DNA of 32,000 bases, taken from Cereibacter sphaeroides 2.4.1 (GTDB taxonomy: Bacteria > Pseudomonadota > Alphaproteobacteria > Rhodobacterales > Rhodobacteraceae). Of the stretch, positions 16,083 to 24,266 are shown one piece after another. The notes under the pieces were generated by a model, which saw nothing but the letters and a program-made list of their open reading frames with translations, did not search any database and was not told the origin of the DNA. Where the stretch lies: assembly GCF_000012905.2 (NCBI RefSeq), contig NC_007493.2:180001-212000 (forward strand), read 5' to 3'. Position numbers and translations under genes: made by a program. How positions within the stretch are numbered: the stretch's first letter is position 1; the number at the start of each line of letters is the position of its first letter.

Positions 16083-17732
16083 TCAACGGGCGTCTTCCGT
16101 CTCCGTCACGGCGAGCTTGGCCACGGCGCGCAGTTCGAACTTCTGGATCTTGCCGGTCGAGGTCTTGGGCAATTCGCAGAAGATGACCTGCTTGGGCGTC
16201 TTGAAGCCCGCCAGACGCTCGCGCGCGAAGGCGATGATCTCCTCCTCGGTGGCCTGCCGGCCGCGCTTCAGCTCGACGAAGGCGCAGGGCACCTCGCCCC
16301 AGCGCTCGTCGGGCTTGGCCACCACGGCGCAGAGGCTGACGGCCGGATGGTGGGCGATCACGCCTTCCACCTCGACGGACGAGACGTTCTCGCCGCCCGA
16401 GATGATGATGTCCTTTGCGCGGTCGGTGATCTTGATATAGCCGTCGGGATGCTGGAAGGCGATGTCGCCCGAGCGGAACCAGCCGTCGCGGAAGGCTTCG
16501 GCCGTGGCCTCGGGGTTCTTGTAATAGCCCTTCATCACCATGTTGCCGCGCATCGCGATCTCGCCCAGATGGACCGTGTCGCGCGGGATTGGCTGGCCGT
16601 GGGTGTCGTGCACCTCGGCCCCTTCGAGGGTCGCCATGGCGACGCCGGTGCGCGCCTTCAGCGCCGAACGCTCCTCGCCCGCCGTCTCGTCCCACTCGGG
16701 CTTCCAGATGCATTCGGTGGCCGGGCCATAGACTTCGGTCAGCCCGTAGACCTGGGTCACGTTGAAGCCGAGCGGTTCGATGGCCGCCAGCGTTGCGGCC
16801 GGGGGCGGGGCGCCCGCGGTGAAGACCTCCACCACCTGATCGAAGCTGCGCCGGTCTTCGGGAGCTGCATTGATGAGCGTATTGAGCACGATGGGCGCGC
16901 CGCCGAAATGGGTCACGCCCTCGTCGGCGATGGCCGCATAGATCGCCGTCGCGGTGATGTCGCGGCAGCAGACGACGGTACCGCCCAGCATCGGCACCAT
17001 CCAGGTGTGACACCAGCCGTTGCAGTGAAAGAGCGGCACGATGGTCAGGTAGACCGGGTAGAGCTGCATCCGCCAGGCGATGGCATTGCCGTAGGTCGAG
17101 AGATAGGCGCCGCGGTGGTGGTAGACCACGCCCTTCGGCCGCCCCGTCGTGCCGGAGGTATAGTTGAGCGCGATGCTCTCCCACTCGTCCTCGGGCATCA
17201 CCCAGGGCGCCCACGGGTTGCCGCGGTCCATGAGGTCCTCATATTCCAGCACCTCGCCCGAAGGAGAGAAGCCCGCCTCGCGGTCGCAGACCTCGACGAG
17301 GATCGGCGCCTTTCCTTCCAGCCGGGCGCAGGCATCCTTCGCGAGCTTCAGGAAGGCCGTATCGCAGAGCAGGAGCTTCGCCCCGCCATGCTCGAGGATA
17401 TAGGACACGGTATCCAGATCGAGGCGCGTGTTGATCGCGTTCAGGATCGCGCCGCAGGCGGGCACCCCGAAATGAGCCTCGGCATGGGCGGCGATATTGG
17501 GCAGGAGCGTCGCCACCACGTCGCCCGACTGGATGCCCATGCCCGCCAGCGCCGAGGCGAGGCGGCTGACGCGGGCGTGATATTCGCCGTAGGTCAGCCG
17601 GATCGAGCCATTCACGAGAGCGGTGCGGTCGGTATGAACCTCCGCGGCGCGCTTGAGGTGCGACAGGGGCGTAAGCGCCGCGTAATTCGCCGCGCATTTT
17701 TCCAGCCCGCGCTCGTCCGCCAGCCAACCCAT
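16083..17732 (-). CDS. AMP-dependent acyl-CoA synthetase (short/medium-chain, AAE/ACN1-like)
   Basis: 549 aa. AMP-binding motif NYTSGTTGRPKGVVYHHRGAY, plus SGGENVSSVEVE and the C-terminal PKTSTGKIQKFELR. The N-terminus (ANYAALTPLSHLKRAA..HTDRTALV) resembles plant and bacterial AAE-type ligases. SD GAGGGGAGG precedes ATG 17732. Confidence 0.8.
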   Translation of the reverse strand: MGWLADERGLEKCAANYAALTPLSHLKRAAEVHTDRTALVNGSIRLTYGEYHARVSRLASALAGMGIQSGDVVATLLPNIAAHAEAHFGVPACGAILNAINTRLDLDTVSYILEHGGAKLLLCDTAFLKLAKDACARLEGKAPILVEVCDREAGFSPSGEVLEYEDLMDRGNPWAPWVMPEDEWESIALNYTSGTTGRPKGVVYHHRGAYLSTYGNAIAWRMQLYPVYLTIVPLFHCNGWCHTWMVPMLGGTVVCCRDITATAIYAAIADEGVTHFGGAPIVLNTLINAAPEDRRSFDQVVEVFTAGAPPPAATLAAIEPLGFNVTQVYGLTEVYGPATECIWKPEWDETAGEERSALKARTGVAMATLEGAEVHDTHGQPIPRDTVHLGEIAMRGNMVMKGYYKNPEATAEAFRDGWFRSGDIAFQHPDGYIKITDRAKDIIISGGENVSSVEVEGVIAHHPAVSLCAVVAKPDERWGEVPCAFVELKRGRQATEEEIIAFARERLAGFKTPKQVIFCELPKTSTGKIQKFELRAVAKLAVTETEDAR

Positions 17733-17830
17733 TGCAACGCCTCCCCTCGTTGTTCCGGATATGTCGTTTTCCGGCGCGCAGAATGGCGTGGGACAGGCAT
17801 TTAGGGAAGGGCCGAACGAGGAGAGGGCGG

Positions 17831-18763
17831 ATGATTTCTCAGGACCGGACGCGGGCTGCTGCGGGCTTCATCCTGCTCTATGCTGTGGTGATCGGATTTA
17901 CGGACAATTATGTGCGGGTGATCGCCGACGAGGCGGGGCTCTGGCAGTTCCATCTGACGCGGTCGGTCATGGCGCTTGCGATTCTGGCCGCGGTGGCTCC
18001 GGCCCTCGGGCTGCGGTTGCGCCCCGTGGACTGGCGGGCCGTTGCGGCGCGCTCGGCCATCCATGGCACGGCGATGCTGATCTACTTCGGCGCGCTGGCC
18101 TTCCTGCCGGTGGCGCAGGTGGCCGCGGGCCTCTTCACCGCACCGATCTTCGTCCTCGTCATTTCGCGCTTCGTCTATGGCGAGCGGATCGGGCCCGTGC
18201 GGGTGCTGGCGGTGCTGACTGGATTTGCAGGCGTCCTCCTCGTGCTCGGGCCCGAGGCGATGGCGGGCGCGAGCTTTGCCGCGGGGCTGCCGGTGCTGGC
18301 GGGGCTGCTCTACGGGATGGGCAACATCGCCACCCGGGCCTGGTGCCCGCAGGAGAGCGCGGGAACGCTGCTGGGCGGCTTCTTCGTGGCGCTGGGTGTG
18401 CTGGGAGCGGCCGGGCTGGCCGTCCTCGCGCTCGTGTCGCTGCCGGTGCCGGAGGGTCCGGACGGCTTCGTGATGAGGGGCTTCGTCGTTCCTTCTCAGG
18501 ACTTCTGGTTCTGGACCTTCGTTCAGGCCGCGGGCTCGCTCTTTGCGGTGGGCATGATGATCCGCGCCTATCAGGCGGCGACGGCGAGCCGGGTGTCGGT
18601 CTTCGAATATGTCATCCTGCCCGCCTCGGCGATCTGGGGCTGGCTTCTGTGGGACGAGCGGCTGTCGCCCGTCGCCGCCGCCGGAATGGCGCTGATTGCG
18701 CTCGCGGGCATCGCCATTGCCGTGGGCTCCCGCCCGCCCGCCGCCACGGCGACGCCCGCCTGA
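17831..18763 (+). CDS. DMT superfamily (EamA-like) permease
   Basis: 310 aa from ATG 17831, with SD GAGGAGAGGG upstream. About ten hydrophobic helices in two repeats, typical of EamA. The ORF-track start at 17732 adds a basic, non-membrane extension. Confidence 0.7.
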   Translation: MISQDRTRAAAGFILLYAVVIGFTDNYVRVIADEAGLWQFHLTRSVMALAILAAVAPALGLRLRPVDWRAVAARSAIHGTAMLIYFGALAFLPVAQVAAGLFTAPIFVLVISRFVYGERIGPVRVLAVLTGFAGVLLVLGPEAMAGASFAAGLPVLAGLLYGMGNIATRAWCPQESAGTLLGGFFVALGVLGAAGLAVLALVSLPVPEGPDGFVMRGFVVPSQDFWFWTFVQAAGSLFAVGMMIRAYQAATASRVSVFEYVILPASAIWGWLLWDERLSPVAAAGMALIALAGIAIAVGSRPPAATATPA

Positions 18764-18766
18764 GGG

Positions 18767-19396
18767 TCAGGGCGTCACGCGCAGCGCCACCGCCCGGCTC
18801 GGCGTGGTGCCGGGCTCGCCGGGCATCGAGACATAGGGCTCGGTCATCTCGGCCAGCCCCGCGCGCCCGCTGGCCACGGCGGCCTCGAGGCTGACCGCAA
18901 AGCCGCCCTGCCAGAGCGACTCCTTCACCGTGAGAACGATCACGCCGCCCGGGCGGCAGATCCGGAGCAGCTCCGGCAGCGCTTCGGCGCCGACATGGCC
19001 CGTGGTGAAGACGCCGGTCGAGATGATGCCGGCGAAGGCGCCGTCGCGGAAGGGCAGGGCCGCGCCGAGGGGCAGGTTGTGGCAGCGCGCATAGATCCCC
19101 TTCGCGCGCGCGACCTCGAGCATGCCGGCCGAGATGTCGAGCGCCTCGACCTCGGGATAGCCCACGATCTCCAGCCATTCGCCGAGCAGCCCGGTTCCCG
19201 CGCCCGCGTCGAGCAGCGGCCGGGCGCCGCGCGGCAGGTGGCGGGCCAGAAGCGCCACGCCGATGGCCGGATGGCGGTAGCCCGCGCGGGCCATCTCGCT
19301 TTCGTAGGTCTCGGCCCAGCGGTCGTAGAGGGCCGCCACCTCCTGCGGTCCGGCCGCGTCATAGACCGCTCCCAGATGCCCGTGATGCTGCGCCAT
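18767..19396 (-). CDS. Class I SAM-dependent methyltransferase
   Basis: 209 aa from ATG 19396, with SD GAGGGAGCGGGA upstream. SAM-binding motif I is LLDAGAGTGLLGEWL, followed by ALDISAGML and a post-I acidic residue. The 573-aa ORF in the track is this gene fused to an out-of-frame shadow of dctM. Confidence 0.75.
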   Translation of the reverse strand: MAQHHGHLGAVYDAAGPQEVAALYDRWAETYESEMARAGYRHPAIGVALLARHLPRGARPLLDAGAGTGLLGEWLEIVGYPEVEALDISAGMLEVARAKGIYARCHNLPLGAALPFRDGAFAGIISTGVFTTGHVGAEALPELLRICRPGGVIVLTVKESLWQGGFAVSLEAAVASGRAGLAEMTEPYVSMPGEPGTTPSRAVALRVTP

Positions 19397-19533
19397 TCCC
19401 GCTCCCTCACACCGCCACCGAACGGGGCAATGATAGCGGCAGGCTCGGCCGTGAGAAACTTGGGCGAAAGGGAAGGGGCTGCGGCATGGCAGCCGCTTTC
19501 GGAGGAGCCGGCAGGATCCGGCCGCTCCGGGGC

Positions 19534-19562
19534 GGGCCCGGCCGCGCGGGGCGGCCGGGCCC
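19534..19562 (-). terminator. GC-rich 11-bp hairpin immediately after the TRAP large-permease stop, no U-tract
   Basis: GGGCCCGGCCG (19534-19544), 7-nt loop, CGGCCGGGCCC (19552-19562). The stop codon is at 19570-19572. The terminator or stabiliser function is inferred. Confidence 0.4.
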
Positions 19563-19569
19563 GGGCGGG

Positions 19570-20841
19570 TCAGACCAGCGCCAGCGAGATGGCCGGCACG
19601 AAGGTCACAAGGAGGAGCGCCACCACAAGCGCGAGCAGGAACGGCCAGCCGTCGCGCAGAAACTCCGCGAGCTTCGCGCCCGTGAGGTTCGTGACCAGAA
19701 GGAGAACCGTTCCCACCGGCGGTGTCAGCGTGCCGATCGAAAGGTTCAGGATCAGCACGATCCCGAAATGCACCGGGTCGATGCCGAGCTGCTGGACCAC
19801 GGGCTTCAGGAGCGGCACGAGGATGATCATCAGCGCCGTGCCCTCGATGAACATGCCGAGCACGAGGAGCATCAGGTTCACGGCCAGCAGGAAGAGCCAG
19901 GGGTTGGTGGTGAGATTGGTGATGAGCTCGGCCATCGTGATGCCCGCGCGCTCCATCGAGAAGATCCAGGCGAGGGCCGAGGAGGTCATGATGACGAGGA
20001 GCACCGCCGACGTCTGCCGCGCCGTCTCGGCGAAGGCCGCGCCCACATCGGCGAGCTTCATCTCGCGGTAGAGGAACAGGCCGATGGCGAGGGTCACGAG
20101 GGTGGCCACGGCGCCCGCTTCCGTGGGGGTGAAGATCGACAGGCGGATACCGCCCACGATCACCAGCACGAGAAAGAGCGCAGGCCAGGCGCCGACGATC
20201 GTCTGGCGCGTCTCCTGCGCGGTGGGCCAGCTGTCGCGCGAGGGCTTGAGGCCCCGGCTGCGGGCATTGAGCCAGACGGCGAAGAGCAGCAGGGCCGCGC
20301 ACATGAGGCCGGGCAGGATGCCCGCGGTGAACATCGCGCCGATGGAGACGTCGGCCACCAGCGCATAGATGATGAGCGCGATCCCCGGCGGGATGATCGG
20401 CGTGATGAGCGAGCCGCAGGCGGTGATGGCGGCGGCGGCCCCGGCGCTGTAGCCCTGACGGCGCATCTCGGGCACGAGGATCCGGCACATCATCGCCGCA
20501 TCGGCGAGGTTCGAGGCCGAGATCCCGCCCATCAGCGTGGACAGCATGACATTGGTATGCCCGAGCCCGCCGGTGAGCCGCCCGACCATCAGGTCGGCGA
20601 GCTTCAGCAGGCGCCCGGCGATCCCCGTGGTGCCGAGCAGCGTGCCCAGCAGCACGAAGAAGGGAATGGCCAGCAGAGAGGTGTTCTGCGTGGGCGAGAT
20701 GATGCGCTGCACCGCGATGGGCAGCGGCACCGTCGAGAAGAAGACGAAATAGGCGACCACTGCCGCGAACATGGCGAGATAGATGCGCATGTTCAGTGCA
20801 AAGAGCGCGAACATCAGCGCGATGACGATGAACCAGGTCAT
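19570..20841 (-). CDS. TRAP transporter large permease (DctM family)
   Basis: 423 aa polytopic membrane protein. Its N-terminus (MTWFIVIALMFALFALNMRIYLAMF..) and LLAIPFFVLLG are typical of DctM. Confidence 0.9.
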   Translation of the reverse strand: MTWFIVIALMFALFALNMRIYLAMFAAVVAYFVFFSTVPLPIAVQRIISPTQNTSLLAIPFFVLLGTLLGTTGIAGRLLKLADLMVGRLTGGLGHTNVMLSTLMGGISASNLADAAMMCRILVPEMRRQGYSAGAAAAITACGSLITPIIPPGIALIIYALVADVSIGAMFTAGILPGLMCAALLLFAVWLNARSRGLKPSRDSWPTAQETRQTIVGAWPALFLVLVIVGGIRLSIFTPTEAGAVATLVTLAIGLFLYREMKLADVGAAFAETARQTSAVLLVIMTSSALAWIFSMERAGITMAELITNLTTNPWLFLLAVNLMLLVLGMFIEGTALMIILVPLLKPVVQQLGIDPVHFGIVLILNLSIGTLTPPVGTVLLLVTNLTGAKLAEFLRDGWPFLLALVVALLLVTFVPAISLALV

Positions 20842-20865
20842 TTCCGTATCCGGGACAGAGGGGCG

Positions 20866-21351
20866 TCAGTGCTCGAGGCGGTCGGCGGCGGCGTCAGAAC
20901 GGGCTTCGGCATCGGGCCGGATCAGCCGCCAGGCCATCACGACCGCGGTGCCCGCAGCCCCCACGACCACGGCCAGATCGAGCCAGAACCACGAGACCCC
21001 GAGGATCTGCGTCTTCTTGAAGGCGGTGGTCTGACCGAGCGCCCAGGCCTGCCAGGACATGAAGATCAGAAGCCCGATCGAGGCGAGACCCACGACGGCC
21101 GAGAGCGCCCGGTTCAGCCGCGGCGAGAGCACGCCTTCGATCAGGTCGATGGTCAGATGCTGGCGGTTCGCCTCGCAGGCGATGGCGCCGACCATCACGA
21201 TCCAGATCATCAGGAGGCCCGAGACCTCCTCGGTCCAGGCGATGGGCATGCCCAGGATGTAGCGCGCGACCACCGCGGCGGCGGTCATCACCACGAGGAT
21301 GGCCACGCTCAGGGCTCCGAACGCGGAGGCGGCCAGAAAGATCAGACGCAT
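20866..21351 (-). CDS. TRAP transporter small permease (DctQ family)
   Basis: 161 aa with four hydrophobic helices. The W..E.......W....G string (PIAWTEEVSGLLMIWIVMVGA) is typical of DctQ. It sits between the DctP and DctM genes. Confidence 0.85.
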   Translation of the reverse strand: MRLIFLAASAFGALSVAILVVMTAAAVVARYILGMPIAWTEEVSGLLMIWIVMVGAIACEANRQHLTIDLIEGVLSPRLNRALSAVVGLASIGLLIFMSWQAWALGQTTAFKKTQILGVSWFWLDLAVVVGAAGTAVVMAWRLIRPDAEARSDAAADRLEH

Positions 21352-21382
21352 GGGGAAACTCCGGTCGGAGGGGAATAGCAGA

Positions 21383-21411
21383 CCGGCCGCGCGGGGAGGA
21401 CGCGCGGCCGG
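21383..21411 (-). other. Intercistronic 11-bp perfect hairpin between the dctP-family and dctQ-family genes
   Basis: CCGGCCGCGCG (21383-21393), loop GGGAGGA, CGCGCGGCCGG (21401-21411). It lies 9 nt downstream of the binding-protein stop (21421-21423). On the mRNA the loop reads UCCUCCC. Confidence 0.6.
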
Positions 21412-21420
21412 CCGCGAGCA

Positions 21421-22395
21421 TCACTCGGCGAGAGCCGCCTGGATCTGCTCGTAAAGTCCCTCGGACCACTCCGGGAACATGGTGTAGAAGGCCTTGGTCT
21501 TCTCGCGGAAGGCCTCGACGTCGGGCTCGGTCACGGTGACGCCCGCTTCCTTCATGGCCTCGAGCATCTTGGCCTCTTCCTGCGCCGCGAGCTCCTGGCT
21601 GTAGAGGCCCGCCTGATAGCCGGTCTCGTGCAGCATGGTCACCACTTCGGGATCGAGGGTCGAGAAATAGGCCTCGCCGCCGAGCCAGAGCGAGGTGTTG
21701 GTCAGGTAGCCGATCATCGACAGCTCCTTCGCCTGCTCTTGGAACTTGCCGCCGTAGAGGACGGGCAGCGGGTTCTCGACACCGTCGATCACGCCCTGGG
21801 TCAGCGCCGGGTAGACATCCCCCAGCGGCATCGGGGTGGGCGTGGCGCCCATCAGCTCGAACGCCTTGATCTGCATGATGTTGTTGGGCACGCGGATTTT
21901 CATGCCGGCCAGATCCTCGGGCTTCTCGACCTTCTTCTTGGCCAGAAGCTGACGGGTGCCGTAGAGGTAGTTCGAGATGACGATATGCACGCCCTTCTCG
22001 CGCAGCGCGGCTTCCTTCTCCTTGAACCAGTCGCTCTCGTAGATCTTGAAGAGCTGCTCGGGGCTGTCGGTCAGGTAGGGGGCGAAGAGGATGCCGAGGT
22101 CCGGGTCGTAGTCGGTCAGGAAGCCCACGTCGGCGATGGTGATGACGTTGACGCCGAGCAGGCCCTGCTCGATCACATCCTGCTTCGCGCCGAGCTGCGA
22201 CGAGGGATAGAGCTCGAGGGCCACGTTGCCGTCCGAGGCTTCCTTCACGAGCTCGGCCCAGCGGTTCATCACGAGGTCGGTGGGTTCGCCCGGGTTGTTC
22301 TCGTAGGCGACGCGCACCACCACGTCCTGAGCGGCGGCCGGCAGGACGGCGGCGGCGCCGAGCAGCGCGGCGAGGGCAAGGGATTTCAGCTTCAT
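21421..22395 (-). CDS. TRAP transporter periplasmic solute-binding protein (DctP family)
   Basis: 324 aa from ATG 22395, with SD GGGAGGAG upstream. Signal peptide MKLKSLALAALLGAAAVLPAAAQD. DctP-family strings: YPSSQLG, MKIRVPN and GVIDGVENP. The ORF-track start at 23202 is an out-of-frame extension over the gntR gene. Confidence 0.9.
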   Translation of the reverse strand: MKLKSLALAALLGAAAVLPAAAQDVVVRVAYENNPGEPTDLVMNRWAELVKEASDGNVALELYPSSQLGAKQDVIEQGLLGVNVITIADVGFLTDYDPDLGILFAPYLTDSPEQLFKIYESDWFKEKEAALREKGVHIVISNYLYGTRQLLAKKKVEKPEDLAGMKIRVPNNIMQIKAFELMGATPTPMPLGDVYPALTQGVIDGVENPLPVLYGGKFQEQAKELSMIGYLTNTSLWLGGEAYFSTLDPEVVTMLHETGYQAGLYSQELAAQEEAKMLEAMKEAGVTVTEPDVEAFREKTKAFYTMFPEWSEGLYEQIQAALAE

Positions 22396-22418
22396 GGGGT
22401 CTCCTCCCGTGGTGTGGA

Positions 22419-23120
22419 TCAGCTGGCCGGAGCCGCCTGAGCCGCCAGCCGCGCCGAGGCGGAGGCGAGAACGGCGCCGGAATGGTCGAAATGGGCGTTG
22501 AGCGCGGCCGTCAGTTCGGCTGCGTCGCGCACCTTCAGGGCCTCGATGATGCGCATGTGCTGCGCATTCGATTCCTCGGTCTCGAGCGAGCGGGATTTGC
22601 CCACCTCGAGGTAGAATTTCAGCGGCACCGAGAGCACGCGATACATGCGGATCAGCACGGTGTTGCCGGTGGCCTCGATCATGGCCATGTGGAAATCGTA
22701 GTCGCTCGCGGCCGAGGCCGAGACGGTGAGCGAGCGCACCATGCGCTCGTTGGCCTCGGCCATGCGCGTCAGCGTCTCGGGCGTGGCGCCCTGCACCGCG
22801 AGCGGCGCGGCGCCGGTCTCGACGATGCGGCGGAAGTTCAGCACGTCGCCCAGCGTCTTGCCGGAATGATCGAAATGCTGGGCGAAGACCGAGAAGATCG
22901 GGTCGAAGTCGGGCTGGCGGACGCGGGCGCCGCGGCGGGTCTTCTCGATCAGGCCGAAGGCCTCGAGATGGATCATGGTCTCGCGCACCGTGTTGCGCGC
23001 TACGCCGAACCGCTCGGCCAGCTCGCGCTCGTTGGGCAGGAGATCGCCCACCTCCATCCGCTCCACGATCTCGCGGCGCAGGGTCTCCCGGATGTCCTCG
23101 ACGGCCGATTGTCCTGCCAT
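22419..23120 (-). CDS. GntR-family transcriptional regulator, FadR subfamily (wHTH + FCD)
   Basis: 233 aa. The wHTH is LPNERELAERFGVARNTVRETMIHLEAFGLIEKTRRGARV, followed by an all-helical FCD-type C-domain. Only 23 nt separate it from the downstream dctP-family gene, so co-transcription is likely. SD GGAGGGGAGG. Confidence 0.85.
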   Translation of the reverse strand: MAGQSAVEDIRETLRREIVERMEVGDLLPNERELAERFGVARNTVRETMIHLEAFGLIEKTRRGARVRQPDFDPIFSVFAQHFDHSGKTLGDVLNFRRIVETGAAPLAVQGATPETLTRMAEANERMVRSLTVSASAASDYDFHMAMIEATGNTVLIRMYRVLSVPLKFYLEVGKSRSLETEESNAQHMRIIEALKVRDAAELTAALNAHFDHSGAVLASASARLAAQAAPAS

Positions 23121-23140
23121 GGCCTCCCCTCCGATGGCGC

Positions 23141-23161
23141 TTGGTCCTATGGTTGGACCAA
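23141..23161. promoter_or_regulatory. Candidate GntR/FadR-type operator upstream of the gntR-TRAP operon
   Basis: TTGGTCC-N7-GGACCAA inverted repeat. It contains TGGTTGGACCA (23150-23160), an exact fit to the FadR-subfamily core TGGT-N3-ACCA. It lies 21-41 nt upstream of the gntR ATG (23120). Confidence 0.5.
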
Positions 23162-23232
23162 AGTCGGCGCATTCGATGGAGCAGGAGGGGCGGTGCTGTC
23201 AACCCGATTTTCTCGGAATGACGCTGGGTCTC

Positions 23233-24135
23233 TCAGGCGTCTGCCCAGGTCACAGAGGTCATCAGCGTGCGGTAGGCGGTGGCCAGATGGGCGTCGAGCG
23301 CTGCCGCGGCGCGGGGCGCGTCGCCGGCCAGCACCGCCTCGACGATCGCCAGATGTTCGTTCAGGGCCGCACGGTTGCGGCGCAGCTCGTCGCGCTTGTT
23401 CCAGCGATAGTGAAAATGGACGATGATCGAGATCGTCCGGCTGAAGTCGAGGATGAAGCGGTTGTGCGCGGCGCGGCAGAGCAGCCGATGGAAGCGGGCG
23501 TCGAGCGCGGGAAAAGCCGTCAGCTCCTCCTCGGGACCGGCGGACAGGGCCTCGTGCTCGGCCCGGAGCGATTCGAGGTCGGCCCGCAGCGGCCCGCCGG
23601 GCGCGGTGGCAGCCAGAAGGCCGCGCAGCGCATGGCGCTCGAACATCTCGCGGACGGCGAACATCTCCTCGGCGAAGGCGCGGGTGAAGCCCTTCAGCAC
23701 CCAGTGCCGGTTCGGCTGCTTCTCGATCAGGCCGAAGGGCTCGAACCGGATCAGGAACTCGCGCACCGTGGCGACCGGCACCCCGAGCCGCCGCGCGAGA
23801 TCGGATTCGTGGAGGAGCGTGCCGGGCGGCAGGTCGCCCTGCAGCACCCAGGCAAGGAAAGGCTCCTCGACCAGCTCCTGCCGCGGGCGGGTCTCGCCTT
23901 CATCGAACCGATCCGACGGGGAGGGCGCGCGCAGCACCACCTTGCGCCGTCCCTCCCAGGACAGGAGGCCCGCTTCAGCCAGATGGGTCAGCACCGCCCG
24001 CACCGTCGTCCGACTCGCCTGAAGCTCGGCCGCAAGCTCGCCCTCGGAGCCCAGTTCCGCCCCGACCGGCAGCCGGGCCAGCCGGTCGAGCAGCCGATTC
24101 ACCAGCATCTTGAACAGGTTCCTGTCGCGCGCCAT
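23233..24135 (-). CDS. GntR-family regulator with two tandem wHTH domains plus an FCD domain
   Basis: 300 aa. wHTH 1: LGSEGELAAELQASRTTVRAVLTHLAEAGLLSWEGRRKVVL. wHTH 2: LLHESDLARRLGVPVATVREFLIRFEPFGLIEKQPNRHWVLK. A helical FCD-like domain follows (..LDARFHRLLCRAAHN..NEHLAIVEAV..). SD GAAGGGGAAGG. Confidence 0.75.
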   Translation of the reverse strand: MARDRNLFKMLVNRLLDRLARLPVGAELGSEGELAAELQASRTTVRAVLTHLAEAGLLSWEGRRKVVLRAPSPSDRFDEGETRPRQELVEEPFLAWVLQGDLPPGTLLHESDLARRLGVPVATVREFLIRFEPFGLIEKQPNRHWVLKGFTRAFAEEMFAVREMFERHALRGLLAATAPGGPLRADLESLRAEHEALSAGPEEELTAFPALDARFHRLLCRAAHNRFILDFSRTISIIVHFHYRWNKRDELRRNRAALNEHLAIVEAVLAGDAPRAAAALDAHLATAYRTLMTSVTWADA

Positions 24136-24169
24136 GCCTTCCCCTTCGCCCTCGGGCCGTCCGCAGGAA

Positions 24170-24201
24170 TTGATTTGACGCGAACGGTTCTTATTAAATA
24201 A
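24170..24201 (+). promoter_or_regulatory. AT-rich divergent promoter/operator region (sigma70-like -35/-10 and a TTATTaAATAA palindrome)
   Basis: TTGATT (24170-24175), 16 nt, TATTAA (24192-24197), oriented toward the dehydrogenase operon. The palindrome TTATT-A-AATAA (24191-24201) overlaps the -10. This is the most AT-rich stretch I noticed in the window (by eye, not computed). Confidence 0.35.
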
Positions 24202-24266
24202 AAAACACCCGCAGCGGACAAGCCGCCGCGTCGTCTGACCGCCTCCCTTCCATGCGAAAGTGTCCC

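Noticed and set aside
17784-17798. Sigma54-like string TGGCGT-N5-AGGCA with correct GG-N10-GC spacing, upstream of the DMT permease gene.
   Set aside because: Only 4 of 6 and 3 of 5 positions match the consensus. No activator is associated with this gene. Matches of this quality are expected by chance in GC-rich DNA.
18767-20488. 573-aa minus-strand ORF that appears to span the methyltransferase and part of the TRAP large permease.
   Set aside because: Only the last 209 codons, from ATG 19396 with a good SD, are protein-like and contain the SAM-binding motif. The upstream part is a different frame of the dctM-family gene and of the intergenic hairpin region.
21421-23202. 593-aa ORF that fuses the TRAP binding protein to a long N-terminal extension.
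   Set aside because: The extension is Arg/Gly/Pro-rich and is out of frame over the GntR gene. The binding protein starts at ATG 22395 with a signal peptide and the SD GGGAGGAG.
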